A stretch of 52,680 bases of DNA from Terrimicrobiaceae bacterium (GTDB taxonomy: Bacteria > Verrucomicrobiota > Verrucomicrobiia > Chthoniobacterales > Terrimicrobiaceae), in NCBI GenBank assembly GCA_041752695.1, contig JBGSVZ010000100.1, positions 1 through 52,680 on the forward strand, given 5' to 3'. The notes under the pieces were generated by a model. It saw only the letters and a program-made list of their open reading frames with translations. It made no database searches and had not been told where the DNA came from. Within the stretch, counting starts at the first letter, position 1. Every line of letters starts with the position of its first letter. The position numbers were made by a program, and so were the translations under genes. Shown piece by piece: positions 36,740-45,902 of this stretch.

Positions 36740-37471
36740 ATGAATCTTTCTCCCCGAAATCTTTTCTCCCGCGACCGCGCGATGCCCGCCGCCTCCCGGC
36801 GCGGTTTTTCCTTAATCGAGCTGCTCAGTGTGATGGCGATCATCGGCATGTTGACAGCGGCGGCGGTTCCGGCGCTGAATTCCATCAACGCAGGCGGCGG
36901 GGTGACGAAGGCGGCCTACGATATGAGTTCCGTTTTGGAACAAGCCCGTTCGTATGCAATGGCCAACAATACTTATGTCTTCGTGGGCCTCGCGGAGGTT
37001 AGTGCCACGACCGCAGAGTCCGCCGCGCAGATCCCGGGCCGGGGCCGGGTGGTGATGGCGGCCGCAGGCTCGAAGGACGGGACGCGGGGCTTTGGCGCGG
37101 GCAATACCAACCTTGTCGGCCTTTCCAAGCTTCGACGTTTCGACAATCTCCACCTCGCGGATACGGTGCCCAACACCGACAACATGTCCCGCCCAACGGT
37201 GGGAAATGAATATCGGGCGGGCAACACCGCCTTTGTGGCGGAAAGTTCCTTCAATTGGCCGCTGACGGGCACGTCAGCATTTACCTTCACCAAGATCATT
37301 CAGTTCGATCCTCGCGGAACAGCGTCCGTTCAGTCGAGTGCCCGGCATCTTCCGCAGTGGATGGAAATCGGTCTCGCTCCCACCAAGGGTGATGCGGTGG
37401 TGGACGACGCCAATCGGGCGGCCTTGCTGCTCGACGGTGTGACAGGATCGGTTAAAATTTACCGTCCGTGA
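36740..37471 (+). CDS. Type IV pilin-like protein (FimU/GspH-like; Verru_Chthon cassette D-like)
   Basis: Class III signal RRG|FSLIELLSVMAIIGML, plus LEQARSYAMANNTYV and a terminal TGSVKIYRP. Confidence 0.82.
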   Translation: MNLSPRNLFSRDRAMPAASRRGFSLIELLSVMAIIGMLTAAAVPALNSINAGGGVTKAAYDMSSVLEQARSYAMANNTYVFVGLAEVSATTAESAAQIPGRGRVVMAAAGSKDGTRGFGAGNTNLVGLSKLRRFDNLHLADTVPNTDNMSRPTVGNEYRAGNTAFVAESSFNWPLTGTSAFTFTKIIQFDPRGTASVQSSARHLPQWMEIGLAPTKGDAVVDDANRAALLLDGVTGSVKIYRP

Positions 37472-37551
37472 TCCATTTCCCCGATTGCCGTTTGTCTTGG
37501 GCGATTGGAAATTAACAACGAGTCCGTTAACAAAACGGCCCCCCTGGAATC

Positions 37552-38034
37552 GTGAAACACAACTTGCCGCCTGGATTTTCGCTCATTGAGGTGACCATCG
37601 CGCTTTCCGTGGCTGCGTTCTGCCTGCTGGCCATTCTCGGGCTCTTGCAAACCGGCATCACCAGCCAGCGCGCCACGGTCGAACAAACCGCCGCCACGGG
37701 CATTGCTTCCCTGATTTTCTCCGATCTTACCGCGGGCGGTCCCAACAAAACTCCCCGCTTCAAGTTCTCGCTTACCAACAGTAATGCGAATGTGGTGGAG
37801 ACCGTCTATTTTGATACTGGCGGAAAACCCACCGGGGATGTGGGTACGCCTCCGACGACAGACTCGCGGTTTCGTGCGAGTGTGGAAATTCGCCCGCCTT
37901 CCGGGAGCGTGGTGGCGATTACCCCGGTTCGCATTCTTGTCACCTGGCCCGCGGTGGCCGATCCCGTCCCGTCGCAATGGCCCACCAAACACTCGGGTGC
38001 GGTGGAAACGTGGACCGCCCTCGACCGGAACTAA
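37552..38034 (+). CDS. Type IV pilin-like protein (PilV/GspI-like; Verru_Chthon cassette B-like)
   Basis: G|FSLIEVTIALSVAAFCLLAILGLL, plus YFDTGG and VTWPA. Confidence 0.82.
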   Translation: MKHNLPPGFSLIEVTIALSVAAFCLLAILGLLQTGITSQRATVEQTAATGIASLIFSDLTAGGPNKTPRFKFSLTNSNANVVETVYFDTGGKPTGDVGTPPTTDSRFRASVEIRPPSGSVVAITPVRILVTWPAVADPVPSQWPTKHSGAVETWTALDRN

Positions 38035-38955
38035 GTGTTTGCCCGCTCCCATTTGTTTTTTGTGAGACCCTCCTCCCCATCTCCCGAATCTTCCGCCCGG
38101 ATGAGCGGCGGTTTTTCGCTGTTGGAAATCCTGGTGGCGGTCGCTGTGATGGCCCTGCTTGTCCTGATGGTGTCGCAACTTGTACAGAGCGGGACGGCGG
38201 TGATCTCCGGGAGCCGGAAAAACCTGGACGCGGATGCCCAGGCGCGGGAGGTCTTTAGCCGCTTTGCCCTCGATATCGCGCAAATGGCCAAGCGCGCCGA
38301 TATGGACGCCATCTTTTCCGACCAGGACGGCAACAAAAAAATCTTCTTTTACAGCGAGGCCCCGGGCTTCGCGGCGTCCGGCGCCAATCTGAGTTCGGTT
38401 TCTCTGGTCGGATATCGGGTGGCCTCAAGCGGCGGCCTCGAACGCCTGGGCAAAGGTTTGCCTTGGAGCGGGGCAGGCACCCCGACCTTCCTCACTTATC
38501 CGACAACAAATTCGAGCGCTGCCCTTCCGCAGAGCACGCTCGCCGGGACCTGGAGCGGGGCGCTTGGATCGAGTCCCGCCTACGATGGCGCCGACCCGGA
38601 TTATCATTCCCTGGCCACGGGGGTGTTCCGGCTGGAATATTGTTTCCAAAAAAAGGACGGCACCCACACCTTGACGCGTGACCCGGCGAAAGGGTTTCGT
38701 GACGTTTCGGCCATTATCCTTTCCCTTGCGGTGCTGGACGGGGACTCCCGGAAAATCGCCTCGGATACAACCGGCATGGCCGCGGCGCTTCCCAGTCCCA
38801 CCGCCGCCGATCTAGCCGCCGATGTGCTCCCTGCCGAACTTTGGCAGAACCTCGTCAACAATAACTCCGCCTTTGCCACCAGTGCCGGCGTTCCCGCCCC
38901 TGCCGCGTCCCGGGTGCGCATTTACCAAAGGGCTTTTCCTCTAAATCTCCCATGA
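38035..38955 (+). CDS. Type IV pilin-like protein (PilW/GspJ-like; Verru_Chthon cassette C-like)
   Basis: G|FSLLEILVAVAVMALL, plus AREVFSRFALDI and VGYRV. The start may be later (e.g. 38101). Confidence 0.82.
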   Translation: MFARSHLFFVRPSSPSPESSARMSGGFSLLEILVAVAVMALLVLMVSQLVQSGTAVISGSRKNLDADAQAREVFSRFALDIAQMAKRADMDAIFSDQDGNKKIFFYSEAPGFAASGANLSSVSLVGYRVASSGGLERLGKGLPWSGAGTPTFLTYPTTNSSAALPQSTLAGTWSGALGSSPAYDGADPDYHSLATGVFRLEYCFQKKDGTHTLTRDPAKGFRDVSAIILSLAVLDGDSRKIASDTTGMAAALPSPTAADLAADVLPAELWQNLVNNNSAFATSAGVPAPAASRVRIYQRAFPLNLP

Positions 38956-41900
38956 TCACAAAATGCGAAGTTCGGAGATGGAGGATGGGAGATCGCCAGT
39001 TAGGCGACATCTCACATCCGACATCGCACTTCTTACATTCGGGTGGCTTCGCCCTTGTCGTGATTCTCGCGTTTGTCGTCCTCCTGACGGTCCTGGTGCT
39101 CGCGTATTTTTCCTACTCGTCGTTGCAGAGGCAAATCTCCAACAGCAGCTCCGCTCAGGCCACGGTCGATATTTTTGCCCAGGGGGCGATTAATACCATT
39201 GTCACCGATTTCAAACAGGAGATCGCCGCAGGATCGACGATTAATATTTACGGAACGAACACGGTTTACCTCCCTCTGGCGTCAAGCAACGCCGCTCCTG
39301 TCCGAGTCGGCACGTCCACCAATCTGCCCAATCTCGTTAAACGCAGTGCAGGCGGTCTGGCGTTCTTCCCGTCCGGCACCATCCGGGCGAGCGCAATTTC
39401 CAGTACAAACGCTTCGCAGAACGGTCGTTCGATTTCTTCCGCCCGTTGGAACAAGGCTCTGCTTCTCCCAAAGGCCGATACTAACTCAGTCTCGGATTTC
39501 ACCCCCACAAATGCGTTCACCGCCCCCGATTGGATCTACGTGAATCGCGGCGGAGGCAATCCCACGAACTGGAACACGGCGCTTCGCTGGAATAGCGCGC
39601 CGTCGGACACCAACGTCGTGGTGGGGAGATATTCTTATACGATCTATGACGAAGGCGGACTTCTGGATGTCAACGTCGCTGGCTATCCACCCGGAACGAC
39701 CAACGCAATTTCGGGCTACAAAAACCCCCTTTCCTACGCCGACCTCACCCAGGTTGGTCTGGCCACCAATACCATCTCCGCGCTGGTAGGTTGGCGCAAT
39801 GCCGCCTCCGCCCAGCCAACGGGTGCGTTTCCCAACTATACTTTCAACGCGGCCTCTCAGACAAATTTCTATAATAGCGTCTCCACCAACGCGCTGGGTT
39901 TCCTGCGCACGGCTAACACGAACATCGTGGGAGGAGAGACCGACCGCATGTTCATCAGTCGCCAGCATTTTCTGCAATTCTTCGACACCCTCGGGGATGG
40001 GGGCGTGCAGACCAAGGCCCAGCTGCAGAACGCGGTGCAGTATTTGGGCACTTTTTCCCGGGCGCTGGAACAGCCTTCCTTCGCTCCGCATCCGAATAGG
40101 CCTGTTATTGTTGGCTCCGCCCTGCCGCCGAGTCCTTCTTCGGTGAACACCTACAGTGGCAACAACACTTATTGGGGAGGCGACTCGGTGATTAACTTAA
40201 AAAATGGGGGATTTCTTTCTGTTCGGGTGCAAAACCCGTTTGTCCGACTTAACGGAACCCAGGCTGTGGTGGGAGAGCCTCTTGTCAAAACCAAATTTGC
40301 GCTCAGTCACCTAGTGAAAGTAAATACCGCGGCCACGGCTGCACAGTCGGCGAGCGATCCAATCTATTCGCGGTTTGGACTCTTCCGGGCGAGCGCTTCG
40401 CAACCATGGACCTACAACCATGGAGCAACGAACGTACTGACACTTACGGCCGTCGCGACAAGAAATCGCGAGCCGGATTTTGCCGAACTGTTAAAGGCAG
40501 CCATCAACGCGGGTTCAGTAGGCAAGGCCGGCCCCAGCGGACAGGGCGATAATGATCAATATCGAATGGATGCGTCTGGGGACCACCAAATCCTTCAGAT
40601 CATGGCAAATTTGATCGATCAGGCCAAGACCGATAATTATCCGACTCGTATTCAGTTTGTCGATAGTACGGGAACCACCAGGACCATCTATGGAACTCAG
40701 GACCTTCCCTACTTTTATAATTGGCATTTTTTCAGCACCACGACTCGAGTGCCATCACCTCTCTTGAATGAGCAAGATACAGTGACAATCATCTCCGGAA
40801 CTACCTCAAATAAATTCGACCATGCCCGCGTGAAGGACCCCGCCGCGCCGTTCGATCCAGGAAGCGCGTCTTATTTTATCATACCGCAGATCTGGAATCC
40901 CCATGATGCAAATACGCCGCAGCCCCCTGGAGGGGGACCAACGAACTTTCGATTTTTGGTCGAGACTCGAGACCCGGCCGGGAACAGGCCCTTTTGGCAA
41001 ATAAATGTGCGACCTGGGTCAGCAGGCGGACATCACGATGGAGGGGGGGATGGAACTTGGCCACAGGGGAACGCGCCTGCTTCCGCGCAATCGCCGCATG
41101 TCGCGCTGAGCTCGGCCAATGCGACCCTGCAATTTACCGACCTAAGCGGCGGACGGGCCTTCCGCGAGCCAACTCTGCTTTGGAGGAATGGGATTCCCTC
41201 GGGCGTTTCCTTGGTTGGAGCGAGTCGGACGGAAGACTCTTCTCTCACAGGGAAAACATATTACGGAATCTTGATAGGCGACGCCCAGGTTTCGTGGGTC
41301 AACAACGTCGGCGGCACGGACTACATTTTCCAAGCGTCGGCTATGAGCAAGGGCAATTATCTCGCCCCGGGGGGCTCGCAGCCGGACAACATGACCTTTA
41401 GGATGCAATATCAGGATGCATCCGGTAATTGGGTAACCTATCAAGAGATGTATGTGGAATCGAATTTGACAGAAATTCCCGCGCATACTTTGTTTGTTAA
41501 CCGCGCGGACTATACCAGCACGTCCATATATTCGAATAAGAATGAATTTGCGAATCCGCTGATGATCGGCGTCAATGCGTCCGGTTCTCAATTGACGGAG
41601 CCCATGGGTGGAGCTTTCGACCCGCGGTCGGCCAGATTCACCTCACCCATTAAGGGGCGTTGGAAAATGGATGACCCGACCCTAAACGGAAACCCAACCC
41701 TTGATGCCGTTGCGCTTGTCGCGAACAACGATCCTTCCGCGGTGCAGAATCTGGCCGTTGCAAATACAAATTTCGTGTTGATGAAGACGCAGCGCCCCTC
41801 AACATCCCGCGGCCAGATGTTTACCTACACAACGCCGTGTCGAGGTTACAATGCTACCATGCGGTGGTACTCCTCGTTGAGTTGGACGCCGTATGCGGGA

Positions 41901-42959
41901 GGGTTTGATAACGGTGGTGCCGATACGTGGTTTTTTGGAGGGATGCTTAGCCAGAATAGTCCGGCTGCGAGATTGCTCTCAAAGGACGCAGGGTCTGGCA
42001 GCATTCCTCAATCTATTTATTATGAGGATCCCGATGGCGTGGCCCGCAGGGCGATGGGGGGATATGTGCCGACCAGCGGCTCTCCATCCGGATTTCTGAC
42101 AACAACAACTACGACAGTCGGACTGCCCATGGCGACCTCGGGTTCAGTCTATACCGGGGGTATCGTCACTCCTTCGGTGCAGAGCCAAAGCCGCCCTATT
42201 GTTCTCCACCGCCCGTTCCGCAGCGTCGCCGAGATGTCCTACGCTTTCCGTGGAACTCCCTGGAAGAATCTTGACTTTTTCTCCCCGGAGAGTGGTGACA
42301 CTGGGCTTCTCGATGTCTTTTGCGTGGACGAGCTTCCAGCCGATGGGCTTGTAGCCGGACGCCTTAGTCTGAACACCAGGCAACCCGGGGTTCTTGCAGC
42401 GGTGTTTTCCGGAGCGTATCGGGACGAATTGGCAAACATTGCATCACCTCCAGTAAGTGGAACCCAGTCCCCCCTCAGCGAGACGGAATCCAGGAACCTC
42501 GCAAATACTTTGATATCCATCACTTCTGGGACGGACGCCTGGCGGGGTCCGCTTGCCAATGTCGGGGATGTTGTCGGGCGCTACATTTCCCCCAACCCAC
42601 CATCGGTAAGCGGCGCGGATGTTTATCAGTATACAAGCCCGGCAGGGAGTGTAGTGCATACTTTTGCGGGGTTCAGCGCCGCCTTGAGTGACTCTGCCAT
42701 TTGGCAAAACGATCCAGCTTCTTCGCGGTATATTCAGCGCTTCCGTGAGGCCGCAATCCGCCCGCTCGTTAATGCCGGGCAAGCCCGGGTTTGGAATGTG
42801 ATGATTGACGTAGTGGCACAGAACGGTCGGTTTTCCTACAGCGCATCGGCCCTTAACCAATTTTCCGTTGAGGGCGAAAAACGGCTGTGGGTTCATCTGG
42901 CAATAGACCGAGTCACCGGCAAAATCGTTGATAAACAGGTGGAGCTTGTATCCGAATGA
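38952..42959 (+). CDS. Very large pilin-like protein lacking Glu5 (PilX/GspK-like; Verru_Chthon cassette A-like)
   Basis: G|FALVVILAFVVLLTVLV, plus GRYSYTIYDEGGLLDVN, RPFRSVAEM, GRLSLNT and VEGEKR, as recalled for cassette A-type proteins. Confidence 0.8.
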   Translation: MITKCEVRRWRMGDRQLGDISHPTSHFLHSGGFALVVILAFVVLLTVLVLAYFSYSSLQRQISNSSSAQATVDIFAQGAINTIVTDFKQEIAAGSTINIYGTNTVYLPLASSNAAPVRVGTSTNLPNLVKRSAGGLAFFPSGTIRASAISSTNASQNGRSISSARWNKALLLPKADTNSVSDFTPTNAFTAPDWIYVNRGGGNPTNWNTALRWNSAPSDTNVVVGRYSYTIYDEGGLLDVNVAGYPPGTTNAISGYKNPLSYADLTQVGLATNTISALVGWRNAASAQPTGAFPNYTFNAASQTNFYNSVSTNALGFLRTANTNIVGGETDRMFISRQHFLQFFDTLGDGGVQTKAQLQNAVQYLGTFSRALEQPSFAPHPNRPVIVGSALPPSPSSVNTYSGNNTYWGGDSVINLKNGGFLSVRVQNPFVRLNGTQAVVGEPLVKTKFALSHLVKVNTAATAAQSASDPIYSRFGLFRASASQPWTYNHGATNVLTLTAVATRNREPDFAELLKAAINAGSVGKAGPSGQGDNDQYRMDASGDHQILQIMANLIDQAKTDNYPTRIQFVDSTGTTRTIYGTQDLPYFYNWHFFSTTTRVPSPLLNEQDTVTIISGTTSNKFDHARVKDPAAPFDPGSASYFIIPQIWNPHDANTPQPPGGGPTNFRFLVETRDPAGNRPFWQINVRPGSAGGHHDGGGDGTWPQGNAPASAQSPHVALSSANATLQFTDLSGGRAFREPTLLWRNGIPSGVSLVGASRTEDSSLTGKTYYGILIGDAQVSWVNNVGGTDYIFQASAMSKGNYLAPGGSQPDNMTFRMQYQDASGNWVTYQEMYVESNLTEIPAHTLFVNRADYTSTSIYSNKNEFANPLMIGVNASGSQLTEPMGGAFDPRSARFTSPIKGRWKMDDPTLNGNPTLDAVALVANNDPSAVQNLAVANTNFVLMKTQRPSTSRGQMFTYTTPCRGYNATMRWYSSLSWTPYAGGFDNGGADTWFFGGMLSQNSPAARLLSKDAGSGSIPQSIYYEDPDGVARRAMGGYVPTSGSPSGFLTTTTTTVGLPMATSGSVYTGGIVTPSVQSQSRPIVLHRPFRSVAEMSYAFRGTPWKNLDFFSPESGDTGLLDVFCVDELPADGLVAGRLSLNTRQPGVLAAVFSGAYRDELANIASPPVSGTQSPLSETESRNLANTLISITSGTDAWRGPLANVGDVVGRYISPNPPSVSGADVYQYTSPAGSVVHTFAGFSAALSDSAIWQNDPASSRYIQRFREAAIRPLVNAGQARVWNVMIDVVAQNGRFSYSASALNQFSVEGEKRLWVHLAIDRVTGKIVDKQVELVSE
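38962..39040. repeat. Imperfect hairpin with ~7-nt periodic arms, copy 2, inside the prepilin leader
   Basis: AATGCGAAGTTCGGAGATGGAGGATGGGAGATCGCC pairs imperfectly with GGCGACATCTCACATCCGACATCGCACTTCTTACATT. Confidence 0.6.
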
Positions 42960-43726
42960 AAATGTTGAATTCGAGGGTATTTGTATATCTGGCTGCAATC
43001 GCTGGTGCTTGTTTCTCCGACGTTCTCTCGGTGTCTTTGCACGCTCAAAGTGGAAGTCGTCCAGCAGTCCCGAATGGTCTTCTTCTTAAAGCGGCTCCTG
43101 CTTTTTCCGAATGGGAAATTACGTTTACCTACCCTCAGGATCTTCCGGACGCCATCGCGGCACAGCGCAAGGATTCCTTATATCAGAGGGGGCCACGCAG
43201 GTCGGTCGTCACAAAAACCCAGAATATCCTGAGGGAAGTCATTTTGAGGGTAAATGGTGAGAAAGTTGAACGTTGGCAGATTGATCGCACGGTCTATATC
43301 TTCGCCCCTCAGGCTGGGTTTTGGGCGATGTATGGTCCAGAGTTCCACCGAAATAATCGTGACGGGGATTCGGAAAAACTTCCATTGCCGGAGAGCGGAT
43401 TCTCTGGGCTCAACTGGATTTCGGCCGAAACGTTCGCCGGAAACCTCAGTGAAAATGGCAGGGAGTTTCTGATTTTTGTTCCAGTTGATAGCGGTCCGAT
43501 AGATCTTTCGGACGTCAAGGCTCTTAAAAATCTTTCGACCATTGCGTTTGTGGATGCTTACACCCGTTTGCCGGTTTCGGTTAGAGAGAACGGCATTCAA
43601 AAAGCCTTCGTTTTCCGGAACGCTCCCTCGCAGAAGTTATCTCCTCCGGCCGATCTTGCGACTGATCTCAAAAGGGCTGCGGAAATTGAGGCCAAATCGA
43701 ATATTGCGCCAGGTCGCGAGTATTAA
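42956..43726 (+). CDS. Secreted hypothetical protein coupled to the pilin cassette
   Basis: ATGA overlap with the cassette A-like gene, signal peptide, and a beta-rich body ending VDAYTRLPV. Confidence 0.7.
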   Translation: MKMLNSRVFVYLAAIAGACFSDVLSVSLHAQSGSRPAVPNGLLLKAAPAFSEWEITFTYPQDLPDAIAAQRKDSLYQRGPRRSVVTKTQNILREVILRVNGEKVERWQIDRTVYIFAPQAGFWAMYGPEFHRNNRDGDSEKLPLPESGFSGLNWISAETFAGNLSENGREFLIFVPVDSGPIDLSDVKALKNLSTIAFVDAYTRLPVSVRENGIQKAFVFRNAPSQKLSPPADLATDLKRAAEIEAKSNIAPGREY

Positions 43727-43769
43727 ATGAAAATTATCAACTCAGAAAGAATCTGGGTCGTTAAGGCTT

Positions 43770-45017
43770 ATGCATAAAGTCCCTCTACTTATCATCACCG
43801 GAGTCGTTTTGTCGTTTTCGCTTCTCCACGCCGCCACCGACATCCAGATACTCCCATGCGATCAGCCGGTGAAGAGCCCGCGGCGCGGGGTTTGTTTGAA
43901 CAAGATGGACCGGAAGGATTTCATGGCACTCGCACCGGGGGTTTCGTGGTGGTATAACTGGCACTACGAAGACAGCCAGAATGCTCCCGCGGAGGCGAAG
44001 ATGGAGTTTCTGCCCATGGCCTGGGGGGATCGGAAGGAAGATCTGGCGGGGCTCAAAGCCTATCTGGCCTCGCACAAGCCCCGCGTGGTGCTGGCGATCA
44101 ATGAGCCGAACCTCAAGGACCAGGCGTTCATTCCCCCGGAACAGACGGCGCGGCTTTACAAGGACATCAAAGCCATCGCGGATGCCACGGGAGTTCCCGT
44201 GGTTGGCCCGCACATGGCGCTAGGTTCGCCAGAAGGCGGTAGCATCACGGCGGAAGACCCTCTCGAAAAGAAGAAGGTCACTTATACTTTCATGAATCCG
44301 TTCCTGAAGGCGTTCTTTCATTACATGGGCGACACTGAGGTCCCCGCCGTGGCGGCACACAGTTATGGAAACTTTGGCGAGCTGAAATGGATGACCGAGA
44401 TGATGTTTAAGGAATACAATCGTCCGGTCTGGGTGACGGAATTTGCCGACTGGCATGCGAAAAATGAAGAGGCCGAGATGGATTATCTGATCCAGTCGGT
44501 CGATTTCTTTGAGAGGACGCCTTATGTCGCAGGTTATGCCTGGTTTAAAGAACGGGTGGGCGGCAATCCCAAGCTTAGCCTGCTGGGTAAACCGGGCGAA
44601 CTCACTCCCCTCGGTCAGGCCTATGTAAACATGCCGGTTCACGATCCGGAGATTTATTACCGCCTGCCCGGCAGGCTGGAGGCCGAACGTTATGTCACAA
44701 TGAACGGAGCGGAGATCGCCCGCACCAAGGACACCGACGGCTTTTTGGAAATGCAGACTCTCGGACCCCAGAACTGGATCGACTACAATGTCGCTCCCAC
44801 CGCAGGCCGGAAATATGAGGTGAATTTTCGTTTCGCTGCAAAAAACCCCGTGGCCCTGGAGATTCTCTCCGGTGACAAAGTGCTGGCTAAGGTGGATTCC
44901 GTCGGAGCGGGTTGGCAAAATGCCAGGACGTTGATTGATCTGCCAGCAGGTCCCCAAACGTTGCGTTTCCGGCCCTCTGCCGCGGTGCGGTTGAACTGGA
45001 TCGGTTTTACCCAGTAG
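43770..45017 (+). CDS. GH128 beta-1,3-glucanase (Glyco_hydro_cc) with C-terminal CBM6-like module
   Basis: Signal peptide. Motifs SWWYNW, EFLPMAWG, NEPN, WVTEFA and YAWF. LPGRLEAE...NWIDYNV...LPAGPQTL from ~44663. Confidence 0.85.
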   Translation: MHKVPLLIITGVVLSFSLLHAATDIQILPCDQPVKSPRRGVCLNKMDRKDFMALAPGVSWWYNWHYEDSQNAPAEAKMEFLPMAWGDRKEDLAGLKAYLASHKPRVVLAINEPNLKDQAFIPPEQTARLYKDIKAIADATGVPVVGPHMALGSPEGGSITAEDPLEKKKVTYTFMNPFLKAFFHYMGDTEVPAVAAHSYGNFGELKWMTEMMFKEYNRPVWVTEFADWHAKNEEAEMDYLIQSVDFFERTPYVAGYAWFKERVGGNPKLSLLGKPGELTPLGQAYVNMPVHDPEIYYRLPGRLEAERYVTMNGAEIARTKDTDGFLEMQTLGPQNWIDYNVAPTAGRKYEVNFRFAAKNPVALEILSGDKVLAKVDSVGAGWQNARTLIDLPAGPQTLRFRPSAAVRLNWIGFTQ

Positions 45018-45030
45018 CCTAAGCCGAGAA

Positions 45031-45045
45031 GTGCATAAAATTGCA
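45031..45045. promoter_or_regulatory. Putative operator GTGCATAAAATTGCA
   Basis: Motif copy upstream of a -35-like TTGACC at 45056. Confidence 0.75.
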
Positions 45046-45072
45046 AAGAAAATTCTTGACCGCCGGCGCCGT

Positions 45073-45087
45073 GTGCATAAAAGTGCA
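45073..45087. promoter_or_regulatory. Putative operator GTGCATAAAAGTGCA overlapping the likely -10 region
   Basis: Motif copy 22 bp before ATG 45110. Confidence 0.75.
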
Positions 45088-45109
45088 TCGATAACTCACC
45101 CCTAAAACA

Positions 45110-45706
45110 ATGAAAAATCTGGTAGCATTCCTTGCAGTATCTCTCTTCACGTTAAATTCTTCATCCTGGGCGGTCCTTTTGTACGAGGAAGCCGGGGCAA
45201 GTGCGAATTTTGCGGGTCAGGGCCTCGTTGGATTCAACTTCACCGTGGACTCACCCATTGAGGTTTCCAGTTTGGGATTTTACGGCTTGAATATGGGCGG
45301 AGGTGATACTCCTTGGGTGGCTCTATACGACGTCACCAACAACACGCAGCTCGCGCAAGTCACCACGTTTACCCCGACGCCTGGCTGGCAGTATATTTCC
45401 TTGAATACGCCAGTTACGCTTTCTGCGGGTTCAACCTATCAGGTGGCAGCGACGGCCTATTGGTCGCCAAGGTTCACGGATACGGCGAGCTTCACGTTCG
45501 GCCCTGAGATCAATCCGATTGGCTTTACTGCCCCGGCTGGTTGGGGCGGATGGGGAGCACCTACCATGGCAACAGCAAGCATTGGCACTACGGCCAATGT
45601 TGTCGCCAACCTTCAATATACTGCGGTCCCCGAACCTGCCGCGGTCGCTCTGGTCTGCGCCGGTTTGGGCGCGGTTTTGTTCTTCCGCCGCAGAATACTC
45701 GCCTGA
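45110..45706 (+). CDS. PEP-CTERM surface protein with DUF4082-like beta-sandwich
   Basis: Signal peptide. VGFNFTV..PIEVSSLGFY...GWQYISLNTPVTLSAGSTY. C-terminus VPEP + TM + RRR. Confidence 0.82.
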   Translation: MKNLVAFLAVSLFTLNSSSWAVLLYEEAGASANFAGQGLVGFNFTVDSPIEVSSLGFYGLNMGGGDTPWVALYDVTNNTQLAQVTTFTPTPGWQYISLNTPVTLSAGSTYQVAATAYWSPRFTDTASFTFGPEINPIGFTAPAGWGGWGAPTMATASIGTTANVVANLQYTAVPEPAAVALVCAGLGAVLFFRRRILA

Positions 45707-45902
45707 TTCCACGTTCCGGGGGAAAGAGGAGTTGAGAACCCTCCGCCTTTCGTTTTGATCCGTTCGGGGATCGGGCGTATCGGCGTCTGTGAGAACGCCG
45801 GAGCCGGCGGGCTCCCACCTGCTTGGACGCAGGAGCGGCGGCTTTCCCTTTCGTAAATCGTCGTATCTTTATCCATTATTTTCTCGACATGATGAGAAGC
45901 TT

